A DNA stretch of 64,000 nucleotides from an uncultured virus (IMG/VR IMGVR_UViG_3300044970_002808) (IMGVR_UViG_3300044970_002808:1-64000); one strand, 5' to 3'. Counted from the stretch's first letter, positions 36,044-47,800 are shown. Notes: a model not told the origin generated them from the letters alone. Program-made: numbers and translations.

Positions 36044-37321
36044 TCAGCCTATTACGACCCCCCCTAGATTTAAGTCAGTTACGGTGGTAATACCACCTAT
36101 AACTGAAACTTGGGCGTTCCACGAACTCTCAGCAGAAAGGAAATTGGAAGAAAGAGGTAAGTAGTCTTCATAAGAGTTAGAGCCAACCACGCTCATAGTG
36201 GTATCCCAAACACTTTCTGGAAAAAGTTGACGGTTTAATAGCTCCAAAACCTGGCTTTCCCTAAAAGAATAAGCAGTTTTTATATCACTAATAGTGTCCG
36301 AACCGTAGCCAAAACTATCAAGATGAATCAGAGGGTCAATATAGAAAATTTCGGAGGGTACGGCAAATTTGTAACCACCAATATCATAGTTAGAGGTTAT
36401 ACGGAAAGTGGTTTTAGCTGGTAGAGTAAAAGAGTTAAATTCAGTAGTAGCTAAGGGTTCCCAATTGGGATTGTTGTATACCTCGATAGTGAAATTGGTC
36501 AAAAAATCAGCTTGAGAAGGTAGAGTCCATCTAAAACCGATAGAATCGATGTCTATTTTGCGTTTAAAGTAAGCCCCATTAGAGTCAGAGGGGGAAAAGA
36601 TTAATGGGGGAATGACCTTTAAACCGGCGGGGTTTTCAGAGAAAGATGTGTATGCACTAAGCCCCCCCAAAGCATCGAAACTGGTTGGGGAAGGTACTAT
36701 CTCCACAAGACTGAAGACATCAAGGTTATCAACCAATGCTATTTTGAGGATTATCCGCCCGTTAACAGTATTAAAAACACCACCTTGAGAAGTTATTACA
36801 GTGCTTAAACTGTTAGGCTCTGAAAAAGTTACAGGAGAACCTGATTCTTGACTCCAGACAACATAAATTGTGGAGGCTATAGCACTAACAGAAGTTTGGG
36901 TTTGTAATGTGACATATATTTTGGAGGGGGCAGAAATGAAGACATTACTGGCCTTTAGTTGTGTTCTTATGCTGTAGATACCACTGTATAGAGTTTTTAC
37001 AGTGGGGGGGCTTGTAAAATAAAGTAAAAATTGACCTAGAGATTTTTTCAAAGCCTCATAGTAAATTTCTTGCCCGACAAAAAAGTTAGGGGGGAAACCA
37101 AACCCCCTCCCAGAGCTATAAATATTTTTATAGAAATCTAATAGTTCCAGAATTTGAGACTCATTAAGCCCTTCAAAAAAAACGTCCAACTTAGCATCCC
37201 TACCACCAGTGTATTGCATAGCTCTACGCTCTTTCCCTGCTTGGTCTTCAATGGTTAGAAGTCCGAAATCAGGGAGAGTAAAGCCCTCAATTCTTGTAGG
37301 GTGAAAGTTAGGGAAACTCAT
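36044..37321 (-). CDS. tail protein with Dit-like N-terminal domain and Ig/FN3-like domains
   Basis: FP..P..LPDFG..GKERR shared with three paralogues; WSQESG and FRWTLP. Confidence 0.6.
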   Translation of the reverse strand: MSFPNFHPTRIEGFTLPDFGLLTIEDQAGKERRAMQYTGGRDAKLDVFFEGLNESQILELLDFYKNIYSSGRGFGFPPNFFVGQEIYYEALKKSLGQFLLYFTSPPTVKTLYSGIYSIRTQLKASNVFISAPSKIYVTLQTQTSVSAIASTIYVVWSQESGSPVTFSEPNSLSTVITSQGGVFNTVNGRIILKIALVDNLDVFSLVEIVPSPTSFDALGGLSAYTSFSENPAGLKVIPPLIFSPSDSNGAYFKRKIDIDSIGFRWTLPSQADFLTNFTIEVYNNPNWEPLATTEFNSFTLPAKTTFRITSNYDIGGYKFAVPSEIFYIDPLIHLDSFGYGSDTISDIKTAYSFRESQVLELLNRQLFPESVWDTTMSVVGSNSYEDYLPLSSNFLSAESSWNAQVSVIGGITTVTDLNLGGVVIG

Positions 37322-37752
37322 AGAATTTGGTCAGGGAAACTATCAGGGTTGGGCAGTGATACAGGCGATACGGATATTAGGTAGGTATCAAAAGAGTATA
37401 CATCTTGTCTAATGGTTTTTATACTAATTGGACGGTCAAAACGCCAGACAATATTTTTCAGGAGATTGGAATAGGCATTTGTCAATACTAGAGGGTGTCG
37501 CCAAATAGATAGGGGTAGTGTAAAACTACCAAAAACACCTCTGGTATTCTTATAAAAGTTTAACACATTTCCTACTTCAGAAGCATTACGGTTAATAAAC
37601 TCTAGTTTGACTTTGGACTTTGTGCTTTGCTCTGATAGGACTTGTCGAACTTCCCCCCCATCAGGGAATGTCACTATATGAATACCATAAGGAGGTAATT
37701 CAATCTCTCGCATAAAATCGGGAGTTATAGCAGGAAAAGAAAGATTGCTCAT
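37318..37752 (-). CDS. Dit/gpM-like minor tail protein
   Basis: FY..TRG.FGSFTLP..WRF. Confidence 0.6.
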   Translation of the reverse strand: MSNLSFPAITPDFMREIELPPYGIHIVTFPDGGEVRQVLSEQSTKSKVKLEFINRNASEVGNVLNFYKNTRGVFGSFTLPLSIWRHPLVLTNAYSNLLKNIVWRFDRPISIKTIRQDVYSFDTYLISVSPVSLPNPDSFPDQIL

Positions 37753-39602
37753 TGGAAAATAAACTCCAGATTAGTAAAATCGAAAAGCTTATCCGACCAA
37801 ATTACGGCATCGATACTTATTTCTCCTGATTCACTTATGGAAAGAGATTGTATACGATAAACTTTATTTTCAATCATATCTCTACCAACAACCACAGGGT
37901 CATACAGGGATACGGGCGACGGTAGTTCACTAAGATTCATATAAGTTTTACCACCCACTTGTTCCAGAGTAAATGGCAAATCAGTGATAACTTCACCGGT
38001 AGTCTGGAGTTGGATTGTAGCACGGTAATCGGAAGTTATAAATGGTGAAGGGTAACGAGATAAAAGAACTCTTTGTGTTTGCCCCAGAGTATCATAATCC
38101 TCCGTCTCAGTCACATAACCAGACAGTTCATAACTAAATTCAGTGGTCTGATGTTGAACTAAAATGGCTTCACCAGGGGATAAGAATAAACCCTGAGTGG
38201 CAGTTCTAAATCGAATGTTACGGTCTTGTAATCGTTTAGAGTTAAGAGTTACCCCAGCCACTGTTTTAGCCTGTTCAGGATTGGTAATCGAAGGAGCTTG
38301 GATAGTGATGGAGTTTAACTTTTCCCAGCCATTATCTAATTCTTGTGTACGGGCTATAACGGCGGTAGCAGGGCGTTGATTATCAGTACCATCCGTATAG
38401 ACCACAATCACTTGGTTAACGCTGGTATCTTGCCAAGGTAGAACACTTTCTTCAAAGGAATCTTTAAGGATGTTGGATGAGTTAAAAACTGCTATTGGTA
38501 ATCTATCCTCGTTCTCCATAGTCAATCCGAATAACCCATTAGGTGAATAAGGGTAGAGTAAGGATAGACCAGCTTCTTGAGTTACTTTAGAAGATAAACT
38601 TTCCGTTTCCGAGATAACCCCGTCCCAAAAGAATCCATTCTCTCGGACAAATTTTCTAGTCTCTACAATTGAGGGGTAATCAATGTCCTCATCCCCATCA
38701 ATAACAGCACCTAAACCACCTTCGGGGTTAATTAGCCAATCCACATAAATATCTGGGAAATAATTAGAAGCCGCATAATTAAAAACAATATAGCGGTCTT
38801 TTGGGTTTAGGGTAATACCCGCCGTGATACGGTTATTAGATAAAGCTGTAACACCACCCTCTTGTTTAGTATCTAAGTTTCTTACTTTGGTTTGACCAAT
38901 GGTTAACTCAGGGATTTCTGAATAGTCTACGGTAGTATCAGTAATTTGATTTGAAGGGGTCAGAGATTGTTGAGTCCCATAGTGAAGATGATTACGAATC
39001 TTTCTCCCTTCTGAGACAAAGAAAGATACTTCAGGTGATGAACTTATACGGTCAGAGGCCTTTATTTTCACTCCCACTATTGCTACACCCTTGTAGTTAG
39101 CAATTTTACTAATTTCGGAGGGTATGACAACTTCTGAAACAGTGGTAATTCGGATGGGCGCACCACTTTCTGACGATACTATTCTCTTTTCCTCATCATA
39201 GTTAATGGTTTTTGCCATATCTTGGTTAGAAGGTTGCGATGAGAACTCCCCCCTTAAGCCTACATTTTTTCCTCTTAGAGTGTAAGGGGTAGTTATTTCC
39301 GCATTTTCCCCCGTACAACTTAATTTTATGGTATTTGATGTGCTACTAGGGGCAGTAGTATACGGTTTTAACTTAACATAATAGCGACCATAAGGGAGAT
39401 TACGAATCTCAAACTTAAACTGTTTAGCATTCTCAGATTTCTCTCTAATAAAAATTGTCTTTAAGAATTGCCAATTTCCTTCAGAAAAAGCTATTGGTTC
39501 ACCTTCCTCATTAGTCAGAGGTTGTATGTATACATCAAAGGCTATCCCATAGGGAAAAATATCTTCAAAATTAGCTACGTCAGCTTGCGTTTTACCACCC
39601 AT
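37749..39602 (-). CDS. tail tip/hub protein (gpJ-like), C-terminal part
   Basis: Y.GVAIVGVKIKASD, EGRKI, FNSSNILKDSF and LSPGEAILVQH patterns. Confidence 0.75.
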   Translation of the reverse strand: MGGKTQADVANFEDIFPYGIAFDVYIQPLTNEEGEPIAFSEGNWQFLKTIFIREKSENAKQFKFEIRNLPYGRYYVKLKPYTTAPSSTSNTIKLSCTGENAEITTPYTLRGKNVGLRGEFSSQPSNQDMAKTINYDEEKRIVSSESGAPIRITTVSEVVIPSEISKIANYKGVAIVGVKIKASDRISSSPEVSFFVSEGRKIRNHLHYGTQQSLTPSNQITDTTVDYSEIPELTIGQTKVRNLDTKQEGGVTALSNNRITAGITLNPKDRYIVFNYAASNYFPDIYVDWLINPEGGLGAVIDGDEDIDYPSIVETRKFVRENGFFWDGVISETESLSSKVTQEAGLSLLYPYSPNGLFGLTMENEDRLPIAVFNSSNILKDSFEESVLPWQDTSVNQVIVVYTDGTDNQRPATAVIARTQELDNGWEKLNSITIQAPSITNPEQAKTVAGVTLNSKRLQDRNIRFRTATQGLFLSPGEAILVQHQTTEFSYELSGYVTETEDYDTLGQTQRVLLSRYPSPFITSDYRATIQLQTTGEVITDLPFTLEQVGGKTYMNLSELPSPVSLYDPVVVGRDMIENKVYRIQSLSISESGEISIDAVIWSDKLFDFTNLEFIFQ

Positions 39603-41176
39603 TACTTTTTACCTCCTGCTTTCCCAGAATCAGCATCAACCGGTTTTCTACGAGAGAAAAACATACCTTCAAAATTTATCACAATATTGGTCACTTTTTT
39701 ACTGGTTTGATAATAAGATTCCCAAACACAATAAATGTCATCATCTTCTGATATATTGACTGAGGGGGTAATAGTGATTTGACGGCTTGCATCGTTTTTC
39801 TTTAGTACCCTAAATCTAGCAGAGTTAACCTCATAAATTTCAGCAGGTGTGAAGCGACTCCAATTTTCAATGGAATCTTGCTCATCCTCATAGACTACCA
39901 GTGTGGCAGTATCTTGAGTAGAGTTCACAACATCTACCCCGAAATTACCAGTGGGGAAACTTATACCCACAGAAGAAGTTATGTTTATGGATGTCCCCAT
40001 ATCATAAATTACCCCCTTAGCTGGAAGACTACCCCAATTCACACCAGAGTACGCCACTAGGAGATTTCCATTTTGGCTATATTTAACCACTTTATTACCC
40101 CCGTCATTACCCAACTCAACTTGAAAGGTGTCATTTACTGACCAAGTTGCACCGGAGATAGTTACTGGTGAACCGTTATGGATTACAACGACGGGATAAG
40201 TAGTAACAGACTGGGGGGTAACTACAATGTCGTTAAGGATGCCATAAGTAATATTATTACTACCCCTAGTACCATAACCTACCGCTACCCTACGATTGTT
40301 TGTTAGACTCCAACCTATACTACCGCCCCCATCCCTAACATTTTCATTGGACTGGGCGTAGGCATCGGGGTTACTTGTTGAACCCGCATTTTTTGTTATT
40401 AGGACTGAATTACCATTGCGCCCAGAAACATAACAATTAGAGGTTTGCCAAGTATTAATTGCTACCGTTGTCCCTTGTTGGGAGGTAGATTTAGATTGCG
40501 CTCTTTTGGACGAACCAAGTAGATTATAGGTGTTAGGAGTTATACACTGACCAAAGAAGTTAAATTCGGTAGGTAAACTACCCTGTGCCGCATCATTATA
40601 GTAAGTAGGAGTCCCAATTAAATAATTAAAGGTTAAATCTTCAGCATAGAATCTCTCTATTGTTTGGCCATCGATAAGCATTAGGCTGGAATCTATAGTG
40701 CCTATTTCCCCTAAGCTAAGGGCAATAATATTGTACTGATAAGCTGAATCACCAAGATTTTCCACTTTACAAGCAATTAGTTTCCCAGTAGCCCTAACTC
40801 CCCCTTTAGGGTTTTTGCTTCTACTAGCATAAATAATTGGAATAGCGGAGCCTTGTATTGCTATATCATCCCCAGACATGGAGGAAAAAGAAGAACTAGG
40901 CGCACGGGGTTTTTTCTTCTTTTTAGGCTCTGAGCCAAATAAGGCAGAACCCAGAGCAAATCCTAGAGTTAAACCGGTGAAAAGGAAACTTGTACCCCCC
41001 GTGAAAAACCCGATTGCCCCCCCTACAATACCCAGAGCAATTGCTCCACCCATTCTCCCATTATAAATTTTTAAATCTTCACTAACCACGGACACGGGAA
41101 CATTGGCAAGTTTAGACTCTGTTTTTAAACTTAGACTAAAAAAGAAGTCTTGAAAATTTTTCTCAGGGTTAATCAC
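39602..41176 (-). CDS. tail tip protein (gpI/J-like), N-terminal part
   Basis: Gly-rich hydrophobic segment, QGSAIPIIYA, LSLGEIG. Confidence 0.7.
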   Translation of the reverse strand: MINPEKNFQDFFFSLSLKTESKLANVPVSVVSEDLKIYNGRMGGAIALGIVGGAIGFFTGGTSFLFTGLTLGFALGSALFGSEPKKKKKPRAPSSSFSSMSGDDIAIQGSAIPIIYASRSKNPKGGVRATGKLIACKVENLGDSAYQYNIIALSLGEIGTIDSSLMLIDGQTIERFYAEDLTFNYLIGTPTYYNDAAQGSLPTEFNFFGQCITPNTYNLLGSSKRAQSKSTSQQGTTVAINTWQTSNCYVSGRNGNSVLITKNAGSTSNPDAYAQSNENVRDGGGSIGWSLTNNRRVAVGYGTRGSNNITYGILNDIVVTPQSVTTYPVVVIHNGSPVTISGATWSVNDTFQVELGNDGGNKVVKYSQNGNLLVAYSGVNWGSLPAKGVIYDMGTSINITSSVGISFPTGNFGVDVVNSTQDTATLVVYEDEQDSIENWSRFTPAEIYEVNSARFRVLKKNDASRQITITPSVNISEDDDIYCVWESYYQTSKKVTNIVINFEGMFFSRRKPVDADSGKAGGKK

Positions 41177-41616
41177 TTTCCGCCCCCCTTAACACATTTC
41201 CAAGATTTAACTATTCGTTGTTTAATTCTTCTAAGGGGGATAAATGCGCTAGTTCCAGTACCAGCACTCCCTGTATATACCACATATTTTTGGTTCATGT
41301 GTTCTACAATAACTCCTAAACCGTGTTTACCCCACCAATCAATAAGAACCAGGTCTAAAGTTGATATTACTTGGCTTTCTTCTCGTTCCAGAGTATCACA
41401 AAGTTCCGCCAATTTACCAGTAGGTAAATCAGAATCAGAGCCATACTCCCCATAGACCCAATCATAACCATTAATCTGCTCACAATTAAATTTTCTATAG
41501 ACTTGGTTCGTTAACCCAAAACAATCCAGTCCTTCTTTATAGGATTTACCACCCCAAGCATAGGGGATACCTTGAAAGTCAAATACTGAGGGAGTGGGTG
41601 TATATGGTGTTTCCAT
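41173..41616 (-). CDS. NlpC/P60 tail tip protein (gpK-like)
   Basis: GIPYAWGG..GLDCFGL..HGLGV. Confidence 0.85.
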   Translation of the reverse strand: METPYTPTPSVFDFQGIPYAWGGKSYKEGLDCFGLTNQVYRKFNCEQINGYDWVYGEYGSDSDLPTGKLAELCDTLEREESQVISTLDLVLIDWWGKHGLGVIVEHMNQKYVVYTGSAGTGTSAFIPLRRIKQRIVKSWKCVKGGGK

Positions 41617-41619
41617 GGT

Positions 41620-42108
41620 TTATAAGGGTCTATAGTTAGTTTTTACACTGTTCACATACGGTAGCTCTGGGAACACTTCTGGGTCAAATACTTTAGAGGG
41701 TATTTGATTAGAAATGGCATCTACAGGGGAACGACAACTGACATTCACTACTCCCTTTTGAAAAGAGTAGGAAGATATTCGGGTATTTTGTGTTTCATAA
41801 ATAGCCCCTTCTTCTTCGGGAAAGATTGTGTAAACTCTAAGCTTACACCCTCTAATATCAGTCTCCCTTAATAAGTTTCTGAGTGTTTCAGTGTTGGCCA
41901 ACATTATCTCCACTGAAGACGAACTTATCTCCAAATCTTCTTTACTAGATAACATACTGAAAGGAAGATAGAGATAATTCTCCCCTTCAAAGCTGTAGGG
42001 GGCTGTCTGAAAATTCTGGAAGTAGTATTCTGTACCTTCCTTTGTTTTCAGATACACCAATCTTCCATAGAAATGTTCAGGTGATAAATGGGGGGCTTGG
42101 GCTGTCAT
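41620..42108 (-). CDS. minor tail protein (gpL-like)
   Basis: FEGENYLYLPF and IPSKVFDPEVFPELP patterns; synteny. Confidence 0.65.
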   Translation of the reverse strand: MTAQAPHLSPEHFYGRLVYLKTKEGTEYYFQNFQTAPYSFEGENYLYLPFSMLSSKEDLEISSSSVEIMLANTETLRNLLRETDIRGCKLRVYTIFPEEEGAIYETQNTRISSYSFQKGVVNVSCRSPVDAISNQIPSKVFDPEVFPELPYVNSVKTNYRPL

Positions 42109-42143
42109 CAGTTTTCAACTTTTCTATAGTCTGGGCGTTATTG

Positions 42144-42536
42144 TTACTCAATTACTGAAATTAAGGGTACATCAAAATTATAAATTTTTGTAAAGACTGT
42201 AACAATTTTAATGGGGGCTTCAAATCGCCAAAGAGTTGTATCCCCTAATAAGCTAATACCGGATTGGTAAGCACTAGGGTGAAGATTAATTCCTTCAGGG
42301 AGTATGAAGGCCTCCTTCATACCCTTAACCAGACCCCAAAAATTGATTAGAGACGAAACTTCAATTTCACTTCTCCCCTCATATTTTAACAATATTTTGG
42401 TATGGTTCCCTGTTTGATGGACGAATCTCCGAGTCTCAGACCCGTCATCATTCTCGTATATTTTTACACCGAAATCTGGCAACTCTAAGTTGTCGATAAC
42501 GTTGGGAACTAGGGAGGGATAAGTAAATCCAGACAT
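42144..42536 (-). CDS. Dit/gpM-like minor tail protein
   Basis: paralogue of 37318-37752. Confidence 0.6.
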   Translation of the reverse strand: MSGFTYPSLVPNVIDNLELPDFGVKIYENDDGSETRRFVHQTGNHTKILLKYEGRSEIEVSSLINFWGLVKGMKEAFILPEGINLHPSAYQSGISLLGDTTLWRFEAPIKIVTVFTKIYNFDVPLISVIE

Positions 42537-42538
42537 GA

Positions 42539-42961
42539 TTAGGTTGCGGTTAGGATACCGGTGTTAACTGGAATATCCACTTGGAACGTGGCTCCACTTG
42601 GGGTAAAAGCAGTGTTAAACTCTAAAAAACATACTGGTTGGTCGGATGTAGCAGGACTTCCACTAGCTTGTTTCACAATTACCATCCCAACTATTGGGGC
42701 GGAGTTTGCAGTAGTCAAATTGTTCCAAATAGGATTTGAGAATGTCCATCTGACAGTCGAAGCCGTCGGGTTGTCCAGTATTCTTCCAGTTAAAGCCTGT
42801 ATTGCATAATTACCCCCTGTAGCTTCGGTCAACCCGGTTCTTTGGGTTACAGTGGCCGCAGGACTGGCTGTTACTAAACACGCATAAAACGTATCCCCAT
42901 CAAGGTCTAGTAACGCTTGTAGAATTTTAGTTTTAGCATCGTTGAATAAAAATGATGGCAT
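42539..42961 (-). CDS. virion structural (fibre-associated) protein
   Basis: DLDGDTFYACLV..TEATGGNY pattern; late-type motif. Confidence 0.55.
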   Translation of the reverse strand: MPSFLFNDAKTKILQALLDLDGDTFYACLVTASPAATVTQRTGLTEATGGNYAIQALTGRILDNPTASTVRWTFSNPIWNNLTTANSAPIVGMVIVKQASGSPATSDQPVCFLEFNTAFTPSGATFQVDIPVNTGILTAT

Positions 42962-43004
42962 AGGTCTTTATCGGGTTTACTAGACTTAGTTTGGGCGTTA
43001 TTGT

Positions 43005-44777
43005 CTAAGTTCTCAGGGTTCCTAGAGAGAAAACCAATTCACTAGCACTACTGTTACTAGATACCACGAAGGTTACTCGTTGTCCCGTGGTTACTGTCTT
43101 GGCCGTCGTACTATTAACAGTTTGACTAGAGCTAGTCACGTTAATACCACTTAATGCTCCCACATTTACCCCATTAATTTGAACGGCAACAGTACAAGTT
43201 CCACTGGTAGTAAAGACTGTTAAGTTTTCAATACTAAAGCCATATCTAGCACTGGCTATTAAAGTGTATGTTTTGTTTGATGGGGAGTCAATTTGCCCAT
43301 CCATGGATTCTGTAAGGGCTGTCGTTGCTAATGCCCCCGCTCCAGATAAGTTAAGCCCGTTCCCAATCGATTTTATAAAGTTAGATAGCTTTTGGAAATA
43401 CCAATTGTTACTTCCATTACATATTAGTAATCCTAACTCATTTTGACCTAGTGTTAAACCGTTACTATGGTTTATTGTTACACCCGATGAGGGATTTACA
43501 GTAATGATACAATTACTATCATTTCTTACATAGCAGTACCAACCGTTAATAAATAAAGTATTTTGAGTTAAAGTTAAATTAAAGTTACTGGTGTTGACAC
43601 TATTTGCAAGAATTTTCCCAGCTTGATTGGTATTTAAATCTAAGTTACCTCCGCTCTGAGTTTGAAGGGACTCCACTGGCAAATTATTACCACCACTAGA
43701 ATTTCCAGTAGCCAATTCTGTCCCTACTATATTCCAACGTGTTCCTTTCTTTATCAACTGAATAGAAGTGTTTTCAACGTTAAAAACCCTACTATTTTGC
43801 CCCTGTATTGTTTGACCCGCAGGAGCGTTCAGGGTAAAACTATTTAACCCAAACCCCGTGGGGCTTTGGCTACTTGTACCGGCATAATCCGAGTAGATGA
43901 TTATTGAATTATCAGGGGCATTTGAGGGTAAAGTTGTGGATGCCACACCACTACCTGTATTCACCAGATGGATTGTTCTTAATGTCGATGTAAAAGTCCC
44001 AGAAACTATTGTGCTTTGCATTTCATCCCATCCTGCTAATTCATAGTAGCCTGTACTACCTTGTGTTAACTCTAGTGTTATAGATTCAAAACCCATAAGC
44101 ACCGGTATTATGGGAATCACTATGGGAAGACTAAAGTTTAGACTGCCAGATGATGCCCCCGCCCCCGCATTAGCCAAAGTAGTCAGACTAGCTAGACTAA
44201 AGTTTAAATTAGTGAGTAGGGCGGTAGTTCTAGGAATAACTGTTGAACCCCCCTCGCTAAAATCCAACTGGATTGAATCAAAATCCCTACTAACAAGAAG
44301 GGGGGCTAGTGTTATTCTCGAAGGTGTTAAACTTAAAACCACTGATTCCACAAACCCCACTACATTTCCTGAACTTTGGGATGGTGGTTCTTTCAGCGAA
44401 ATAAGGTTTATTTCGGTCTGGTAAATATCACTTATAATTGTTTTTATTATTGGTTGTCCTAGGAAACGCCAAGTTTCTGTGTCGTCTAATCCTGCCAAAG
44501 AGTTAGTGATTTCATCAGGACTCAAGTAAAAACTTGTTGGCAGGGTAAAAGCTTCAAATGTCCCCTTTGTATCCCTGTAAAAGGATAAAAGAGTATTTAC
44601 CTCTGTAGCCCTCATCCCCGTATAAAGAACTCTTAACTCTGTTTCATTCCCTGTAGTCTCTGTAAAACGTCTAATTTCCCGTCCTAATTCGTTTTCATGT
44701 AGTTTTAGCCCGTAATCGGGTAGTTTATCCACATGAAAGAAGTTGGGGGCTAGATTTGACGGAAATTCTAAAGGCAT
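43005..44777 (-). CDS. Dit-like domain fused to tail-fibre-like modules
   Basis: LPDYG..GREIRR N-terminal domain; repeated fibre-type units. Confidence 0.6.
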   Translation of the reverse strand: MPLEFPSNLAPNFFHVDKLPDYGLKLHENELGREIRRFTETTGNETELRVLYTGMRATEVNTLLSFYRDTKGTFEAFTLPTSFYLSPDEITNSLAGLDDTETWRFLGQPIIKTIISDIYQTEINLISLKEPPSQSSGNVVGFVESVVLSLTPSRITLAPLLVSRDFDSIQLDFSEGGSTVIPRTTALLTNLNFSLASLTTLANAGAGASSGSLNFSLPIVIPIIPVLMGFESITLELTQGSTGYYELAGWDEMQSTIVSGTFTSTLRTIHLVNTGSGVASTTLPSNAPDNSIIIYSDYAGTSSQSPTGFGLNSFTLNAPAGQTIQGQNSRVFNVENTSIQLIKKGTRWNIVGTELATGNSSGGNNLPVESLQTQSGGNLDLNTNQAGKILANSVNTSNFNLTLTQNTLFINGWYCYVRNDSNCIITVNPSSGVTINHSNGLTLGQNELGLLICNGSNNWYFQKLSNFIKSIGNGLNLSGAGALATTALTESMDGQIDSPSNKTYTLIASARYGFSIENLTVFTTSGTCTVAVQINGVNVGALSGINVTSSSQTVNSTTAKTVTTGQRVTFVVSSNSSASELVFSLGTLRT

Positions 44778-44838
44778 CCGAAATTAAGGCAGGTTTCTTT
44801 TAGTTTGAGCGATTAAGTAGGTAAACCCCTAAATCTGG

Positions 44839-47800
44839 TCAAAGCCCCAATTTACGCCTAGTGTTGGGGGAATTTTTTAATGTACCAAAAACTTCCATTT
44901 TAGCCCGTTCCACTGATTGCTCAATGGCCGACTTGAACATTTGTTCGGTAACATAATTTTGACCTGCTATGGTAGTGCTGGTGTACGACAGTTCAATTGG
45001 TGGTAAGCTGTATTCCTCATTACCACCCATATATTGGGCTATCGTTTTTTCAGCATCCGTTTTAACTGGAACGGGTATTGCACTCTTACTCTTGTTGGCT
45101 TCTGCGGTCGGTAGATTGGGCATCCCTAAGTTTTTGGGGGGTTGAATCGCCCCCATTTTCAGACTGCCAGAGTTCAAGGCATAAAGATTTTTCTCACCAC
45201 CAATTCTGGACATACCAGCGTTGGTTAAAATCCCCTCACCAGGAGTTAACATGGCAGGTACAGTATCGGTAGTACCAGCACCGGGTACAACCCCCCCGGA
45301 GTTATATCTTTTACGCTTCCCAGAATTAAATAGGGACATGATAAAGGGTAATGCCATCATACCCATGCTCATCCAGTTCATACCCCCCATTCCCCCTAGA
45401 AGTTTAGATAACCAACCTCCACCCCCTTGTTGGGGGGCGACACTGAGCATATCTAAATTTTCCAATGAGAAAGCTGGGGTAGCACCAAATCCTTGCCCTT
45501 GCCCTTGTTGTAGCCCTAAACCCATTAAGAAATTGCCAGGGTTTAATCCTGAACCCGTTTGAAGATTGTCAAGGATAAGTCGGTCTAATCCTGTACCCAT
45601 TTGGAGATTAGTTAGGGATTGGAAGTTAGAAGTGGGGGTTGAAGCCCCAAACCAATCTACCGGTATATCCCCCATTAACCCTGAAACAAGAGTTTCATTA
45701 GGAGTAGAACTTCTTAACTGATTCTGTAGATTTCTACGAGTGCGATTCTTCTCATTTTCAAACATCCCCCTTCTTAACTGGTCATCCAGAATCCTCCGGG
45801 TGTCCTCATCCTTAAGCGGTTGTGGTACTTCTGGTTTCCCAGTTCTCTCTAGGGTTCCCCCTGTCAATCCTTGTCTCTTTCTCTCTTTGAACAAACGATT
45901 AAACTCTGCGTTGGCAGGGTTGTTATTCAATTGGTAATCTACTGCTTGTTCATTGACAACTGGTTTAGGTTTAGGTTGGGGTTTAACCGGAGTTTGCCCA
46001 ACACTGGGGGGAGCAGGTAAAACATTAGACTGGGAGCCAGTTTGAGGCTTTGTACCGGGTTTTACGTTAGGAGGCTGGGGTAGAATCTCAGCACCAAAGT
46101 TACCAGGATACTGGGTGTTAGCGGTTGAAGAATATTGAGGATTAGCTGTTGGGTTTTGTACAGTATTAGAGCTTAACTTAACTAAAATCTCTTTCAGTGT
46201 AGTCTGACTTTGCAACAGCGTGTTTTTGATGTTTTCTTGAATGGAAGTTTGTAAGGCAATATTTGTTGCCATACCTTCTTGACCATTCGCAGAACCTATT
46301 GAGATTAATTTAGATAATTCAGCGTCCTTAGTGTTGTTCGCAATTTCCTTGGCCAAAGTTGAATACATCGTAGAAGCCGCTTTGCCCGCATCATCTATGT
46401 TGGCAGAGGAAACTATTTGACGACGCATTCTCTCGTTTAACTCTTTTAATGCTGTTTGTTGTTGGGCATCTACAGCTAAAATTTGCTCTCTGAGTTTTTC
46501 CTTCGATTTCGGGTCGTCAGGGTTGGACATTGCGGCGGACTGGAAGTTTAAATTAGCCCCCACCCTACTAAAATCAGGCATACTTGGGTTTAATATCCCA
46601 GATGTGTCTCTTTTAGTTAGCATATCCTTGAAGGGGGATACAATCACATCCTTCAATTGTTCCCAACCTATCCGTCCAAAGTCTTTGATTAAACTCTGGG
46701 AAAAATCTCTCATTCTATCAGCAAAAGATTTACTGGAGTCGGTGAGAATATCATAAAGATTGGAGAAAGCCCCATCAACAGTATTGGCTATTTGAACGTT
46801 TGCACGATAGCCTTCATCCAACTCTAAGACAGATTTTTCAACTTGGACTTTTAAGTTGTTGTACGCCATCACACGGGCATTCCCAACTTCATTGTCTATT
46901 GCTATGAGTCGAGATTGGTACTCAACATATTTTCTAGCTATTTCCGCTTGAGCTTCAGGTGTGTTATACATACCCTTAGCCGCATTTGAGTCCATGTTGG
47001 CTAATTCTGCAACTATATTAGCTCTTTCTTCAGCACTTTTGAGAGTAGCTTCTGTTACTCTTTTTATTGCATCAATACGGGAATTTTCTAAATCTATAGA
47101 AGCGGCTTCCCTACGAGTAGACCTGGAATCCGACAATCCGAGAATTTGTGACCGGGCAGAATTAGATTCCATCAATGCACTTTGAGCATTACCCCTGGCA
47201 TCCTCTTGGACTTTAGCTATTGCCAATTTCCCTAATTCCCCTCTTAGTGCATCATTGATTTTTTGAAGGGCTATTGTGGCTTGTTTTTGTTGCTCTAAAT
47301 ATTTCTTACCTTCTTCTAGTCTCTCACGGTCAACTAAACTCAGGGAACCAAATACACTATTCATGGTCTCAAGTTGAGATTCCATTAACTGTATTTGAGT
47401 TTCTAAGTCGAAGATAGATTTAGTAATTGCTTCTCGTCTTTGCTCTACTTCTGTTACAGCATCTGAGACACTACTGAATCCTCTGCTAAGACCTCTAGCT
47501 CCTTGAAATAACTCAATAAAGCTGTTGAAGTAGGTTATATTGGCTTTAATTTTGGAAGTCTCTAGGAGATTTTTAGCTTCTAACTCTAACCCCCCTCTTT
47601 TTGCATCATTCACACCTATAGATGCCTCACCCATCGATACTTTTTGGGCAAAGAATTGGTCAGGGAACACAGCCCCCAGTGAACGGTTTAGCTCTACTTG
47701 TCTTCTTATCTGTGAAGATTCTTGTTGTAGTTCTAAACTCTCTTGTTGATTTTTGAACAGACTATTTTGTAAGTCCCCCACAATCGTCAATAAACCCGAA

